NCBI GenBank assembly: GCA_045576355.1
Contig: JAZNGG010000047.1
Span: 3,519 to 67,518, forward strand
Source: Bacteroidales bacterium
GTDB lineage: Bacteria > Bacteroidota > Bacteroidia > Bacteroidales > UBA3663
DNA: 64,000 bases
Direction of reading: 5' to 3'
Shown: in pieces, positions 63,162 through 64,000 of the stretch
Layout: each line of letters begins with the position of its first letter
Numbering within the stretch: the first letter of the stretch is position 1
Made by a program: the position numbers and the translations under genes
Notes under the pieces: generated by a model
Told to the model about the DNA's origin: nothing
Database searches by the model: none
The model's input: the letters and a program-made list of their open reading frames with translations, nothing else

Positions 63162-64000
63162 ATGAAACAAATCGTCGAGATGAAAGGTTTGGTTATGGGT
63201 TTAGGCATGTCTTGCTGTTTATTGACCGCAACGTCTGTTCAGGCACAAGACAGTATCAGTATGAACCTAAACAAGATTTTGGAGGTTGCCCTGAGTGACA
63301 ATCCGACCGTCAAGGTGGCAAATCAGGAAATTGAGATCAAGAAGTATGCGAAAAAAGAGACAGTCTCCGGATTGTTCCCAACGATTGCAGTCTCTGCTAC
63401 CGGTAGTGATGCCATTGTGCAGCAGAAGATGAAACTCTCTTTCATGCCTGAGCCGATCACCATGGGTCAGCAATTTACATATGCGTTAAGTGGATCTTTG
63501 ACTCTGCCATTGATCGCACCCCAACTTTGGAAAACCATCTCCATCAACGAAGAGGAGGTGAAACTTGCCGTAGAAAAGGCGCGTTCTTCTAAGGTTGAGG
63601 CCATCAGTCAAGTGAAAAATGCTTATTATAGTCTTTTGTTGGCACGAGACTCTTATGACGCATTAAATGCCAATTACAAAACAGCCATGCTCAATGCTGA
63701 GACCGTAAAGGCTAAATATGAGCAGGGACGTGTTTCTGAGTATGACAAGTTGGTGGCAGATGTACAAGTGGCATCAATCAAGCCCCAATTGTTGAGCAGC
63801 GAAAATGGTATAAAACTGGCAGAGATGCAACTCAAAGTTTTGATGGGTGTCGATGTGAATCAGCCCATCCGTTTTGAGGGACATTTGAGTGACTTTGAGG
63901 AGCAACTCTTTGCCGATCTGATGACACTTAAGAGTGATACTTCGTTGACCGATAATAGCGCCCTCCGTCAGTTGGATATTCAGGAGCGTCAGCTAAAGTT
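63162..64000 (+). CDS. TolC-family outer-membrane efflux protein; 5' part only, continues beyond the window
   Basis: Not in the ORF track because no stop codon falls in the window. From ATG 63162: MKQIVEMKGLVMGLGMSCCLLTATSVQAQDSISMNLNKILEVALSDNPTVKVANQEIEIKKY... The frame is open to 64000, with TolC-like repeat helices (VKNAYYSLLLARDSYDAL). Confidence 0.8.
   Translation, partial: MKQIVEMKGLVMGLGMSCCLLTATSVQAQDSISMNLNKILEVALSDNPTVKVANQEIEIKKYAKKETVSGLFPTIAVSATGSDAIVQQKMKLSFMPEPITMGQQFTYALSGSLTLPLIAPQLWKTISINEEEVKLAVEKARSSKVEAISQVKNAYYSLLLARDSYDALNANYKTAMLNAETVKAKYEQGRVSEYDKLVADVQVASIKPQLLSSENGIKLAEMQLKVLMGVDVNQPIRFEGHLSDFEEQLFADLMTLKSDTSLTDNSALRQLDIQERQLK

Noticed and set aside
62773-63298. 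Plus-strand ORFs 62773-62970 (65 aa) and 62981-63298 (105 aa) in the TPR/TolC intergenic region.
   Set aside because: They are AT-rich and span the mapped promoters (62822-62853 on the minus strand, 63045-63075 on the plus strand). The second overlaps the real TolC start (63162) in another frame.

Overview
This is a 64-kb chromosomal segment from a Bacteroidota genome, probably Bacteroidales and Prevotella-like. That placement is an inference from three things: SusC/SusD pairs, four proteins ending in T9SS C-terminal sorting domains, and Bacteroides-type TAnnTTTG -7 boxes in front of most operons.

Housekeeping genes: pepC, a phosphohexomutase, sdaA, rplU-rpmA, serS, recN, a DUF4835-like gene, a DEDDh exonuclease, dnaN, pepD, ompH/skp, an EamA transporter, oadGAB, a split chrA pair, metG, a GH3-family ligase, topA, a TPR plus beta-barrel pair, and a partial tolC-like gene.

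Accessory content:
- PUL1 (8930-23804) is a pectin locus: a PL1 lyase, a tyrosine recombinase, susC/susD, a T9SS protein with an internal domain duplication, and a CE8-PL1 fusion enzyme.
- PUL2 (26391-33219) is susC/susD plus a lipoprotein, with no enzyme or regulator in the window.
- An AT-rich islet (about 33281-35214) carries an AAA/DUF4143 ATPase.

Best candidates for undescribed biology, ranked by interest score:
1. A promoter in front of PUL1 susC is bracketed by 22-bp sites in both inverted and direct orientation and sits next to the tyrosine recombinase. This looks like a candidate phase-variable (invertible) PUL switch.
2. A translationally coupled pair (47805-50140) encodes a full RIC/YtfE-like di-iron hemerythrin domain fused to a LuxR HTH, followed by a TerB-like protein of unknown function.
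3. Four intergenic head-to-tail arrays share a strict 22-bp period (547-634, 23859-24100, 33287-33440, 42696-42827).
4. An iteron-like array of 22-bp cores with 11-bp spacers abuts the ATPase promoter (34919-35087).

No tRNA, rRNA, CRISPR array or transposase was recognised. All calls come from reading the sequence and recalling motifs; no database search was run.
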